A stretch of 64,000 bases of DNA. Source: an uncultured Gemmatimonadaceae bacterium (GTDB taxonomy: Bacteria; Gemmatimonadota; Gemmatimonadetes; Gemmatimonadales; Gemmatimonadaceae). The stretch covers positions 128,001 through 192,000 of the forward strand of contig CAWAGQ010000007.1 of the NCBI GenBank assembly GCA_963781585.1, in the 5' to 3' direction. Each line of letters begins with the position of its first letter. The first letter of the stretch is position 1. Under the pieces are notes generated by a model. That model did not search any database and had not been told where the DNA came from. It saw nothing but the letters and a program-made list of their open reading frames with translations. Positions 42,123 to 53,991 of this stretch are shown here, piece after piece. Position numbers and translations under genes: made by a program.

Positions 42123-42232
42123 GCCTAACGTCGCAATTCAGCTGCGGCGCATCACATAGAATGCGGCTGGCGGGCGCAGACCGCCAGACGCTACCGACCG
42201 AAAACGCCGACAGCTGCAATTGCTGGTTATAC
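42123..42232 (-). other. attC site
   Basis: GCCTAAC..gcaattcagctgcggcg / cgccgacagctgcaattgc..GTTATAC; brnA stop lies in R''. Confidence 0.92.
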
Positions 42233-42517
42233 AGCCCGTTCACGAGAACGTCGGCGTGAACCCGCGCTGCCCCGCGTCAACTCTTCTCGCACCACGCGCC
42301 GAAGCACTCTTTCCAGTGGCTCGCGCGCCTGCTCCATCACCGTGCGCAGCGTTTGATTGATGAGCGTTTGGTAATTGCCGCCCCCCGCATCGTTGACCTG
42401 CTCACGAAACCACTCGAGAATGTCGTCGTCTAGCCGGATCGTGATTCTCGTTTTTCCCGGAGCGATCGGTAGCACTGCCCCGCGGCGCGCCTTGCTGAAG
42501 TCATATTCCTTACGCAT
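42227..42517 (-). CDS. brnA: BrnA antitoxin
   Basis: MRKEYDFS...KTRITIRLDDDILEWFR...NYQTLIN. Confidence 0.9.
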   Translation of the reverse strand: MRKEYDFSKARRGAVLPIAPGKTRITIRLDDDILEWFREQVNDAGGGNYQTLINQTLRTVMEQAREPLERVLRRVVREELTRGSAGSRRRSRERAV

Positions 42518-42785
42518 CGGCTCCCTCCATGTATTGGCGCCGCTCCCGAGGGGTCGCGCGACGCGCCGTGATGAGGCGAATTGCTTCATTCGTTGGCGTC
42601 CAAGCCACCACGACGATCTGATCGACTAGGTCGCGGCCTATGGTTACGTAGCGAACTTCGGATGGATGGGGATCAGTGCGCGTGAGGGCAGAGGAGTCAT
42701 CGAACACACCGACCGCATCCGCAAACTCCACGCCGTGCTTACGACGGTTGGCGACGGCCTTTGCAGGGTCCCATTCGAAGCCCAT
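42510..42785 (-). CDS. brnT: BrnT toxin
   Basis: MGFEWDPAKA..N.RKHGV.F...IRLITARRAT..ERRQY. Confidence 0.92.
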   Translation of the reverse strand: MGFEWDPAKAVANRRKHGVEFADAVGVFDDSSALTRTDPHPSEVRYVTIGRDLVDQIVVVAWTPTNEAIRLITARRATPRERRQYMEGADA

Positions 42786-42861
42786 TGACGAGTGTATGCA
42801 CAAATGTGCACCATGTCAAGGCCATCGCGGTATCCGTTGCGCAACTGCGGGCGGCTGGGCT

Positions 42862-42979
42862 GTATAACGTGCCGCTTCAGCCGCGGCGAATCGATAGAAG
42901 ACCGCGCGCTGGACGTGAGCGAAAGCGAACGCCTGCGCGCACACCATAGCTTCGCCGTCTGCTGCAACGTCTGTTAGGC
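42862..42979 (-). other. attC site
   Basis: GTATAAC..cttcagccgcggcgaa / ttcgccgtctgctgcaac..GTTAGGC. Confidence 0.9.
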
Positions 42980-44158
42980 AGAAGCCAACTCACGTGGCCA
43001 GTCCGGAGGAAGTCGCATCACTTCTCGAAGTTGCGGACCCGGCTCGAGCACCATGTGGCCGCCCGCAGGTCGTTGATTATCGAGAAACGACAAACCATGC
43101 TCCAGGGGGTATCGTGCCCAAGGATTATGATAGAGGACCGGTCGATGGACGGCCACAGTCCAAGGGAGAAGTGAGCCCACGGTGAGGACTCCGGAGACCC
43201 TCCGATTGACTGGCCCCTTCGGTCCTGCCCAAGCACCGTTCGGGGTTCGGCTTAACCGCGGCTTGCCTTGCATGCGGCCGTCTACGGTGTCGAAGACAAC
43301 GGTTTCTTGGCCGAAGATTGCCTGTATGACGTCGATATGCTGCGCCGACTGATCTGCGGCGTTTACGGCAACGAGATAAGGCTGTCTGAGACGACCATAC
43401 CGTGATGCTTTGGCTTTAATGCCATCGCGAATTGACGTCCAGTTTGCGACCATTCTGGCGACTCCCGATCCGAGCACGCCAATGGGTCGATGATCGGAGG
43501 CGCCCCTGCGTCCCTCGCTCACGGGAAACAAGGAGATCTGCAGGCGACAACCGTCGTGCTCAAACTCTAGGCTTGGCGTCTTGAAATCGCCGCCCTGTAC
43601 AGAAGCGCGCACCGCTTCGTAATCGATGCCTTGGAGCCAGTTCTCAACCGCCTTTCGGATTCGGGCTCCCTGAATTGGAGTTCGCGGAAGCCCGAAGTGG
43701 CGCAAGTGAAAGAAGAAGTCTGGCGATTTCGCCCGGTTAAGCGCGTCGTAGACAACGTTGAGTCGTTTGCTGGCGATCCGGTCAGCGGCGGCTTCCTCCG
43801 TGACGGTGACCGCTTCCACGAGGAATGGCCGAGCACTCGGAAACGTTACTCGGAAGTCCGGCCGCCTCCTGCCTCTACCTCGGTATGGATGCACCGTAAT
43901 GCGGGCGCCCGCGAAGCGAAAGAGGTGGTGAAGGTATAGCTCAAAGAACGCCGCTTGGAACTGAAGATTATCGGCCGCTCTTAGCCTGGCGACTAGCTCA
44001 TGTTGGTGCGGCTTCGGATACTCCGCGAGCCAGTCTTCGGTCAGGCGACGAATGGAACCAAATGCGGGATGCGCCGACCGATTGAGAAACGTGAAGTGGG
44101 GCTCGGTGTAGTCGGCGTAGGCAGTGTCGGTACGCTCAATGTCATCGAAGAGGATCAT
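42974..44158 (-). CDS. Cassette protein, possible PD-(D/E)xK-like nuclease
   Basis: 394 aa, FFEL...RPDF...LVEA; cassette ends complementary over 13 bp (gcttctgcctaac / gttaggcagaagc). Confidence 0.65.
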   Translation of the reverse strand: MILFDDIERTDTAYADYTEPHFTFLNRSAHPAFGSIRRLTEDWLAEYPKPHQHELVARLRAADNLQFQAAFFELYLHHLFRFAGARITVHPYRGRGRRRPDFRVTFPSARPFLVEAVTVTEEAAADRIASKRLNVVYDALNRAKSPDFFFHLRHFGLPRTPIQGARIRKAVENWLQGIDYEAVRASVQGGDFKTPSLEFEHDGCRLQISLFPVSEGRRGASDHRPIGVLGSGVARMVANWTSIRDGIKAKASRYGRLRQPYLVAVNAADQSAQHIDVIQAIFGQETVVFDTVDGRMQGKPRLSRTPNGAWAGPKGPVNRRVSGVLTVGSLLPWTVAVHRPVLYHNPWARYPLEHGLSFLDNQRPAGGHMVLEPGPQLREVMRLPPDWPRELASA

Positions 44159-44172
44159 GATCTGTTGCTTCT

Positions 44173-44266
44173 GCCTAACGCCTAGCGTTCAGCTGCGCGG
44201 GCAGTCCAATCAAAGCGGCGAAGCCGCCACCATGGCGCCCGCGTCGGCTGCAACGCGTGGTTGAAC
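44173..44266 (-). other. attC site (host arms; R'' now supplied by the element end)
   Basis: GCCTAAC..gcgttcagctgcgcgggc / gcccgcgtcggctgcaacgc..GTT|GAAC. Confidence 0.9.
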
Positions 44267-44385
44267 TCAATCCGCCTTCGGCGTCTAGCACTGCGATTTC
44301 GGTGCGTGCCCTTACTCCACCGTGGCTGATGAAGTTGGCGGAGTGATGTCCAATGTTCACGCTGAACCCCTTCAGCGAGGACACC

Positions 44386-45258
44386 ATGACACCGCTCCGC
44401 CAACGCATGATCCAGGATCTCCAGCTCCGCGGCTACTCCGATCGCACCGTCGAAGCCTACGTCCGCTCCGTCGCTCAGCTGGCCCGCTTCTATCATGCCT
44501 CACCCGACACCCTCACGGAAGAGCAGCTCCGCGACTACCTCCTTCACCTCACCACCGTTCAGAAGGTCGCCCGGGGCACCCACACCATCGCCCTCTGCGG
44601 CCTCAAGTTCTTCTACCAGCACACGCTTGGGCGCGAGTGGATGGTCCTCAAGGTGGCCCGGCCCAAGGGGGAGAAGAAGCTCCCGGTCGTCCTGAGCCGC
44701 GGCGAGGTCTGGCAAATCCTGGATCATCTTCGACTTCCCGTCTACCGCGTCTGCCTGACGACCATCTACGCCTGCGGCCTCCGCCTCTTGGAGGGCGCCC
44801 GCCTCCAGGTCCCCGATGTCGATGGTGCCCGGAAGCTGCTCCACATTCACGGCAAGCGCCGCAAGGATCGCTACGTCCCGCTCCCGGACGCCACCCTCGC
44901 GCTGTTGCGAGAGCACTGGCGGACGCACCGTAATCCCCTCTGGCTCTTCCCCACGATCACCCGATCCCATGCCGGCGTCCTGAGCGACCCGGCCGTGGGC
45001 CCCATCTCCCGCGCCAGCCTTCAGAGCGCCTTCGTCCGTGCTGTCAGGGCCAGCGGTATCCACAAGCGCGCGCACGTCCACACGCTCCGGCACAGCTACG
45101 CCACGCACCTGCTGGAGGCCGGTGTCAATCTGCGATTGATCCAGGAGTATCTGGGCCACACCAGTCCCAGAACAACCGCCATCTACACCCACCTCACCCG
45201 GGAGCTCCACGACGCCGCGCTGAGTCCGATCAACGATCTCATGGCGCGTCGCTCTTGA
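44386..45258 (+). CDS. Tyrosine recombinase (Xer/phage integrase family, N-terminal SAM-like domain)
   Basis: GLRLLE, GKRRKDR, HTLRHSYATHLLE, LGH, TTAIY; no IntI-specific insertion. Confidence 0.93.
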   Translation: MTPLRQRMIQDLQLRGYSDRTVEAYVRSVAQLARFYHASPDTLTEEQLRDYLLHLTTVQKVARGTHTIALCGLKFFYQHTLGREWMVLKVARPKGEKKLPVVLSRGEVWQILDHLRLPVYRVCLTTIYACGLRLLEGARLQVPDVDGARKLLHIHGKRRKDRYVPLPDATLALLREHWRTHRNPLWLFPTITRSHAGVLSDPAVGPISRASLQSAFVRAVRASGIHKRAHVHTLRHSYATHLLEAGVNLRLIQEYLGHTSPRTTAIYTHLTRELHDAALSPINDLMARRS

Positions 45259-45305
45259 GTCGTTAGGCCCGTCGGTTCAGACAGCCACTGCCCCCGAGAC
45301 GGGCC

Positions 45306-46475
45306 GTGGTGGAGCTCGCGGACATCCTCCGCAGGGCGGGGCCCGAGTATCTGCGGACCCACGCCGGACCGCTCCTGCCCTCCCACCGGAGGGCCATGAA
45401 CGACATCGTCCAGTGTCGCACACCGGCCCTCGGTGGCTCGCTCTACCGCTGCGACGAGTGCGCTGCCCTCGCGTACCGCTACCACTCCTGCCGCAACCGC
45501 CACTGTCCCACGTGCCAGGACGATCGGGCCCAGAGATGGTTGGAGCGAGTCCGGCAGCGGCTTCTCCACACCGGCCACTACCTCCTCACGTTCACCCTCC
45601 CACAGGGGCTGCGGTCCGTCGCCCGATCGCACCAGCGCCTGGTATACGCCGCCCTTCTACGCGAAGCAGCTGCCACTGTCCTCACGCTCTGTAAGGACCC
45701 GAACTGGGTGGGCGGCACTCCCGCCATCCTCGCCGTACTCCACACCTGGTCGCGCACCCTGGAGCACCATCCCCACGTCCACCTCCTCGTCAGCGCCGGC
45801 GGCCTCGGCGCGGACGGCACGGCCTGGATCAAGCCCGCTCATTCTCGTTTCCTCGTCCCGGGCTACATGCTCTCCCCGATCTTCCGGGCGAAGATGCGCG
45901 ACGCGTTCGCACGAGCCGGCCTCGCCGGCGAGGTCGATCCCGGCGTGTGGACCCACCGCTGGACGGTCCACGTCAAGGCCATCGGCACCGGGCAGCACGC
46001 CGCACTCTATCTCTCCCGCTACATCTACCGCGTCGCCCTCACCAACCACCGCATCGAACGCTTCAGCAATGATCGCGTCACCTTCCGCTATACCCACGCA
46101 CGCACCGGGGAGACCCGGCGCCTGACGCTGCCGGTGAACACCTTCATCGGCCGTTTCCTCCAGCACGTCCTCCCCCGAGGCTTCACCAAGGTCCGCTCCT
46201 ATGGTCTCCTGAGCCCCGGCCGCCGCACGCAGCTGGAACGGGCCCGCGATCTCCTCGAGCTTCACGCTCGCGACGGCGTCCCGAAGTCCGCGAGCAACAT
46301 CCCGGCGCAGACTCCGGTCGCGCACGACCAGCCACCAACCGCGCCGGACCCCTGCTGCCCGGTCTGTCGGCGCGGTCGCCTCGTGGTCATCGACCACTTC
46401 ACCCGATCGCGCGCGCCGCCGGACTCGTGGTCCTCGCCGTGCTCCACCCCACCGACTGCCACAGTCGCCGCATGA
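45306..46475 (+). CDS. IS91-family (HUH/Y2) transposase with N-terminal Zn-binding domain
   Basis: CDEC...SCRNRHCPTCQ, HPHVH (HUH), YLSRY (Y2), RSYGLL. Confidence 0.93.
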   Translation: MVELADILRRAGPEYLRTHAGPLLPSHRRAMNDIVQCRTPALGGSLYRCDECAALAYRYHSCRNRHCPTCQDDRAQRWLERVRQRLLHTGHYLLTFTLPQGLRSVARSHQRLVYAALLREAAATVLTLCKDPNWVGGTPAILAVLHTWSRTLEHHPHVHLLVSAGGLGADGTAWIKPAHSRFLVPGYMLSPIFRAKMRDAFARAGLAGEVDPGVWTHRWTVHVKAIGTGQHAALYLSRYIYRVALTNHRIERFSNDRVTFRYTHARTGETRRLTLPVNTFIGRFLQHVLPRGFTKVRSYGLLSPGRRTQLERARDLLELHARDGVPKSASNIPAQTPVAHDQPPTAPDPCCPVCRRGRLVVIDHFTRSRAPPDSWSSPCSTPPTATVAA

Positions 46476-46688
46476 TCCGCGCGCGTGGTCCGGCGAAGCC
46501 GCGCCCCATGATCGCCGGAGCGCACGGCCAACGCTGCGCCGGCCTCAATCGCGCGCGGCTGGTCCGGTGCGCGGCCCCCGGTCTGGGCTCGGCAGGCCGC
46601 CTGACGCTCGCTTCGCTGGGCGTCCTGGACGTCGCCTCGGGTCACGCACCCGCCTGAAACTCCAAGGCCCTGCCGCGGGGCGGACTGA

Positions 46689-46746
46689 GTTCAACCCCAG
46701 ATTGTGCCGCGGCTATCGCGCGGCACGAATCTTTACTTCGTTAGGC
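46689..46746 (-). other. Element-borne attC-like hairpin completed by host R''
   Basis: GTTCAAC ccc AGATT-GTGCCGCG gctatcg CGCGGCACgAATCT ttacttc GTTAGGC; single bulged base. Confidence 0.8.
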
Positions 46747-46750
46747 AGCG

Positions 46751-46972
46751 TCACGCCGGACGTCGCGCGTCGCGAACCAGCGCGACGATCTCGTCCCGAG
46801 ACCACTTGAGGTTCAATCCCTTGACGTCCAGTGGCGAGCCGGTGCGCGCTTCCGGCTGCAACACAAACACCTGGCCGTCGCGCCGGCGAATCCGGACCGC
46901 GCCGTCGCGCCGCGCTCGCTCTAAGAGCGCGGCGAGCCGTTGGCGCGCCTCCGAGTACGTGTACTCCTTCAT
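46751..46972 (-). CDS. Phd/YefM-like antitoxin
   Basis: MKEYTYSEARQRLAALLERA...VRIRRRDG. Confidence 0.85.
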   Translation of the reverse strand: MKEYTYSEARQRLAALLERARRDGAVRIRRRDGQVFVLQPEARTGSPLDVKGLNLKWSRDEIVALVRDARRPA

Positions 46973-47367
46973 GTGGGTAGCTCCAGATGTTGGACCCCCG
47001 CCGCGTCTGCTGCGCGACCGAGCGCTTGATCCAGCGTGAGCAACGGCGCGCGCTGAGTGAGGGCGCACGTCACGAGGTAGGCGTCGTAGGCGTAGAGGCC
47101 ATGCTCAGCCGCGATCTCGAGCGCGAGCGCCAGGTCAACCTCCAAGAAGCGGATAGGAATACGTTCATAGGCCTCGAGCACCTGTTGCACCTCGCCCCGC
47201 GCGATCCGACGCCGTTTCAGCAAGGCCGATAGCGCATTGCCGACTTCCCAGTGGACGGAGGCTGGTGCCACCAGGTCGGCGCGCTGGGTTGCGCGGACGA
47301 GGCGGGGGCGTTCCGGTTCGCTCGTGAGGACGGCGATGAGCGCCGAGGTGTCGATGACAATGAGCAC
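46969..47367 (-). CDS. vapC: PIN-domain (VapC) toxin
   Basis: VIDTSALIA, EVGNAL, YDAYL, LLTLD; lies upstream of its antitoxin. Confidence 0.88.
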   Translation of the reverse strand: MLIVIDTSALIAVLTSEPERPRLVRATQRADLVAPASVHWEVGNALSALLKRRRIARGEVQQVLEAYERIPIRFLEVDLALALEIAAEHGLYAYDAYLVTCALTQRAPLLTLDQALGRAADAAGVQHLELPT

Positions 47368-47375
47368 TACATAAC

Positions 47376-47387
47376 GTACAATTGTAC
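47376..47387. promoter_or_regulatory. Probable TA autoregulatory operator
   Basis: Perfect palindrome GTACAATTGTAC 9 bp upstream of the vapC start. Confidence 0.55.
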
Positions 47388-47435
47388 AAGCGCCTGCGCA
47401 ACCCCGACGGCATGCACGCCACTCGCCTCATCGCT

Positions 47436-47546
47436 GCCTAACGCCCGCAATTCTGCTGCGGCGCGATCACAACAATGCGGCTGGCGAATGGAATGAGCCA
47501 GCCGCGCACCGCATTATGCGCCGACAGCAGCAATTGCTCGTTGTGC
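47436..47546 (-). other. attC site
   Basis: GCCTAAC..gcaattctgctgcggcgc / gcgccgacagcagcaattgc..GTTGTGC. Confidence 0.9.
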
Positions 47547-47549
47547 CGC

Positions 47550-47819
47550 GCGGCGTAGAAGAAGCGGAACCACCAGGGCGTCGCGCTCGCGGCGCCGGCA
47601 TGGACACCGGTCTGTCCACCCTCCGCAAAGTGCACATCGGAGAGCGCGTCAGCGAACGCTTTCGCGGACTCGAAGCGATCGGCGGGGAGTTCTCAAGTGG
47701 CGGTCGTGCTTGAGGTCCTGGGCGAGGTAGACGGTGGTCATGCCGCCCTGACCGAGTTATTCCTCGATCCTGCAGCGGCCGGCAAGAGCGGCGTTGAGCC
47801 GTTCGGTATTGTTTCTCAT
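47550..47819 (-). pseudogene. Third tandem Ser/Thr kinase, collapsed (internal stop plus large deletions)
   Basis: MRNNTERLNAALAGRCRIEE*LGQGGMTTVYLAQDLKHDR joined to PADRFESAKAFADAL; ATGA overlap with the upstream kinase stop. Confidence 0.85.
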
Positions 47820-50463
47820 TTTGCTGCTCCGGTCACGTTCTCGAACACCACAACGCGATCTGGCAACACCCGGCCCAGCTCTCGATGAAACACGAAACGT
47901 TGGTCGTCAGCTGCAAGGCTGTATTCGACCACAAGGGATAGCGAGCGAAACCGCTCCGCTGAAAACAGGACGTGTGGTCTATCGAACACGAATGTCGGCC
48001 CGGGCGTCAGCGGCACGCTCACCATGTTGGCGTTGCCGTCGCGGAAGAACAGCTCGCGGCCACTGTGACTCCACACTGGGTCCGACCCGCCGTCCGGCGA
48101 CACCAGCCAATTGCCGTCGCTCGTGTTCGGGAAGGGCCGCACCCGGACCTGCGCCCGGCCGGTTTCGAGCGTGGTGTACGCCAACCAGCGCCCGTCCGGC
48201 GAGACCGCCGGTTGCGATTCCTGGTACGGCGTGACCACCAGCGGGACTCGCGTGGTGTCACCGGTGCGGCGCACGCCGATCAGGTCGGAGGAGCCGCCAC
48301 CACCGTTGCGATACACGATCCAGCGATTGTCCGCGGTGAAAAAGACTTCGTGCACCTGCTCCGGATCGTAGAGCAGGGGTCGCTCGGGCTCCGACGCATC
48401 GGCGCGACGGATGTACGCCTCGCGCTTGCCGGCGCGATCCGCCATGTAGGCGACGGAGGTTCCGTCAGGTGTCCATTGCGGCCGGATGCCGCCATTGAAG
48501 CTCAACTGCGTCATCCGCCCGTTGTCCAGTTGCCGCACCCACACCTGCCCGCCGCGTGTTACCGCGAGCCGGCGACCATCGGGTGAGAGCTTGAAGGCGC
48601 CGTTCGGTGTCAGCTGGTCGTTCCAGCCGGGGTCCACCGGGCGGACCACGCCTTGTCGCGTGACCCAGACGACGTCAGTGGTGTCGTGAGCGTCGCTTTC
48701 CGCCATGTAGATCAGCGTGCCTTGCGACGACGTGGTGAAGTCGGGAACGAAGTCAGGCGCGCCCACTGACCCGAATACGACGCGCTCGACAAGCATCCGT
48801 GGCTCACCGGACAAACGCAGGTTGCGGGCGTCAAACGACTGGATCATCAGCGCACCGTTGCGCTCGGGCGCAAACACCAGGTATCCCGGCACATACTCGG
48901 CGTACGATCCGCGGGTCAGCACACGGTACTTGCCGGTGGCCTGGTCGGCGATGGCGATCTCAGAGCGCGCCGCATTCGCCCGATACTTGATGACGAAGAG
49001 GATGCCACGCCCGTCGGGCAGCGCGCACGGAAAGACGTGGTCGTCCTCGCCCGCCGCCGAGTCCACCGTGGTGAAGCGAACCGGCGTGCCGCCCTGCGCG
49101 GACACCTTCACGATGCCGGTGCGGCCGGAACCGTGAGCGTAGATGAACCCATCGGACGACCACGTCGCGCCGGCGTAGCCAATCCCGGTCGTGGCCACCG
49201 GAACCACAGGTCCGCCGTCCAATGGCACGACCTTGATGGTGCCGCGCGGACTCACGAAGCCGATCTTCGCGTTGTCGGGCGAGAAAAACGGAACTTCGGC
49301 ACCCTCCGTACCGGCGATCTCGACCGGCGACAACTGGTCGCGTGGCAGGACGAACAGCCGCCGCTCACCGCCCGCACCCTCGTGCAGGTACGCCAGGCGT
49401 GAGCCGTCCGGCGACAGTGCGATGCGGCGGAACCAGGCGCTCACCTCCCGCCCCTCAGGAAGTTGGAGCATGTACCGTCGCACGGGCGACTCCGGCGACG
49501 CACGTGTCCCACGCCAGCCCCACGCCGCCAGCGCTAGCGCGACGACGCCAACGGCGGCCACGGCAACGAACACGGGGTCGCGGAACCTGCCCAGGGCGGA
49601 TGCGGGCTGCACGCGCGTGGTTCCCGCTGCGGTGAATGCCGGGTTGACCAGGGCATCGGCAAACGCCTTGGCGGAGTCGAAGCGATCGGCCGGCACCTTC
49701 TCGAGCGCCTTGCGCAGTGCGTCGGCGACGTTGGGTGGCACCGACTTGCGGTGCTGCGTCACATCGCCGGCCGGCTCGGCGATGATCTTCATGATGATCT
49801 GCTGCGCGCTGCCACCCAGGTGCGGCGGCTGGCCAGCGAGCATCTCGTAGAGCACCGATGCCAGCGAGTAAATGTCGCTGCGACCGGTGATCTCCTTCTC
49901 CGCAGTGGCTTGCTCGGGCGACATGTAGTGCGGCGTGCCGAGCGAGAGGCCGGTCTCGGTCATGCGTCCGCCGGCGGCGGCAGAGACAGCGAGCGCAATG
50001 CCGAAGTCGGCCACCATGGGGCGACCGTCGTGGAGCAGGATGTTCTCGGGCTTGATGTCGCGGTGGATGACGCCGTGGCGGTGGGCGTAGTCCAGCGCGT
50101 CAGCGACCTGCGTGGTGATGCGAACGGCTTCGTCGACGCCGAGTTGTGTTTCGCGATCGAGTTTCCCGCGCAGGGTCTCCCCTTCTATATATGGCATCAC
50201 GTAGTACAGGAATCCGTCCGCGGTGCCGGAGTCGAAGAGCGGCAGGATGTGCGGGTGCTGGAGCGCGGCGGTGGTCTTGATCTCCACGACGAACCGTTCC
50301 GCGCCGAGCACGGCGGCGAGCTCGGGCTTCAGGACTTTGACGGCGACCTTGCGGTCGTGCTTGAGGTCGGCGGCGAGGTAGACGGTGGCCATGCCGCCCT
50401 GACCGAGCTGCTTCTCGATCTTGTAGCGACCCGCGAGTGCCGCGTTGAGGCGCTCGGTGCCGC

Positions 50464-50467
<4 letters not shown>
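47816..50467 (-). CDS. Ser/Thr protein kinase + TM + TolB/PD40 beta-propeller
   Basis: LGQGGMATVY, HRDIKPEN, DFG, SPE; SPDG repeats. Confidence 0.95.
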
Positions 50468-53094
<2,627 letters not shown>

Positions 53095-53278
53095 TGGGCG
53101 CTAGTGCAGCCGGCGGTCGGGCTCGGCACGATTGCAATATGGCGCTGGGCGGCCCGCCCAGCGAGCGATCCTGAATTCGACGAAGGGCGCGAAGGATAGT
53201 GGCGCCATCCTTGCTCTTGCCCGTTCAGCTGCGGCTATTCACCAAACGCAGCGAGAGGCTCGATGCCGGATGACGTCG

Positions 53279-53386
53279 GCACAACGGACTGGCAATAAGC
53301 TGCGGTGCAGTTCAACCGTTGGTCGCCGTGTCGCAACACGGCGGCCTTCCAGAGCCTGCGCCGGCTGCTTCATTGCCTTGTTAGGC
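53279..53386 (-). other. attC site
   Basis: GCACAAC..ggcaataagctgcgg / ccggctgcttcattgcc..GTTAGGC; hicB stop lies in R''. Confidence 0.88.
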
Positions 53387-53596
53387 AGCCACCACCACAT
53401 AGGTGGCAATCGTCTGCCCCGCCGGAACCGGCGCCCCATCCTCGCGGAGGCCGTCAAGATGGAGCAGAATCGCTTCGCGCATGTTCGCCTCCACGTCGGT
53501 TCGCGAAGCGCCCGTCGCCACACAGCCGGGAAGGTCGGGCGAATAGGCGGAAAACCCCGTGCTCGTTGGCTCGAGTACGATCAGGTAACGATGCAT
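53381..53596 (-). CDS. hicB: HicB antitoxin (short form)
   Basis: FSAYSPDLPGCVATG...NMREAILLHLDGL. Confidence 0.9.
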   Translation of the reverse strand: MHRYLIVLEPTSTGFSAYSPDLPGCVATGASRTDVEANMREAILLHLDGLREDGAPVPAGQTIATYVVVAA

Positions 53597-53600
53597 GGTC

Positions 53601-53801
53601 CTATGCTCCTGGCGGCGGCTTGAGCCCGGCCTGTTTCAGAATGCTGCCCAGCGTGCCCGGAGCCAGGTCGTCGTTGGACGATCCGGCCACCGTCACGCGG
53701 CCCGGCTTCGTGGGATGCTTGAATTGTTGATGACTCCCCTTCGTGCGGGCAAGGTACCAGCCGTCTTCCAGCAGGAGTCGGAGCACGTCACGAACTTTCA
53801 T
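53601..53801 (-). CDS. hicA: HicA toxin
   Basis: DGWYLARTKGSHQQFKHPTKPGRVTV...GTLGSILKQAGL. Confidence 0.92.
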   Translation of the reverse strand: MKVRDVLRLLLEDGWYLARTKGSHQQFKHPTKPGRVTVAGSSNDDLAPGTLGSILKQAGLKPPPGA

Positions 53802-53918
53802 CAGGGCAACAACTTACGCGTCACCCATCCCGGTGGCCAGTCTTCCGTCGAAGCATACTCGCGGGGCCCGACCGGGTCCCGAGCACAGCCACAAGATGGC
53901 CCGATATTGGGCGGGTCT

Positions 53919-53950
53919 GTCTAAGGCCCAGCGTTCAAGGCGAGTTAGGC
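53919..53950 (-). other. Collapsed attC (internal deletion)
   Basis: gtctaag gcccagcgtt caaggcga GTTAGGC between two cassette genes; R'' is complementary to the cassette core (gtcgccgcctaac / gttaggcggcgac). Confidence 0.6.
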
Positions 53951-53991
53951 GGCGACGATTCCGGTGCCTCGCGGACGCCCCGCCAATGGCA

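Larger units (their letters stand above)
44260..46742 (+). mobile_element. Tyrosine recombinase + IS91-like Y2 transposase element inserted in attC R'' (copy 1)
   Basis: Matches 54859-57341; GTT at both junctions; 16/17 inverted repeat 44260-44276 / 46679-46695; terminal attC-like hairpin. Confidence 0.92.

Noticed and set aside
44386..45258. Second integron integrase
   Set aside because: Lacks the IntI-specific insertion and has no attI; it is part of the mobile element.
44260..46742. Duplicate as an ordinary IntI-duplicated cassette or an assembly error
   Set aside because: The duplicated unit ends at R'' triplets with different host attC arms, not at R' as a cassette would. Both junction pairs restore valid attCs, which a random misjoin would not.
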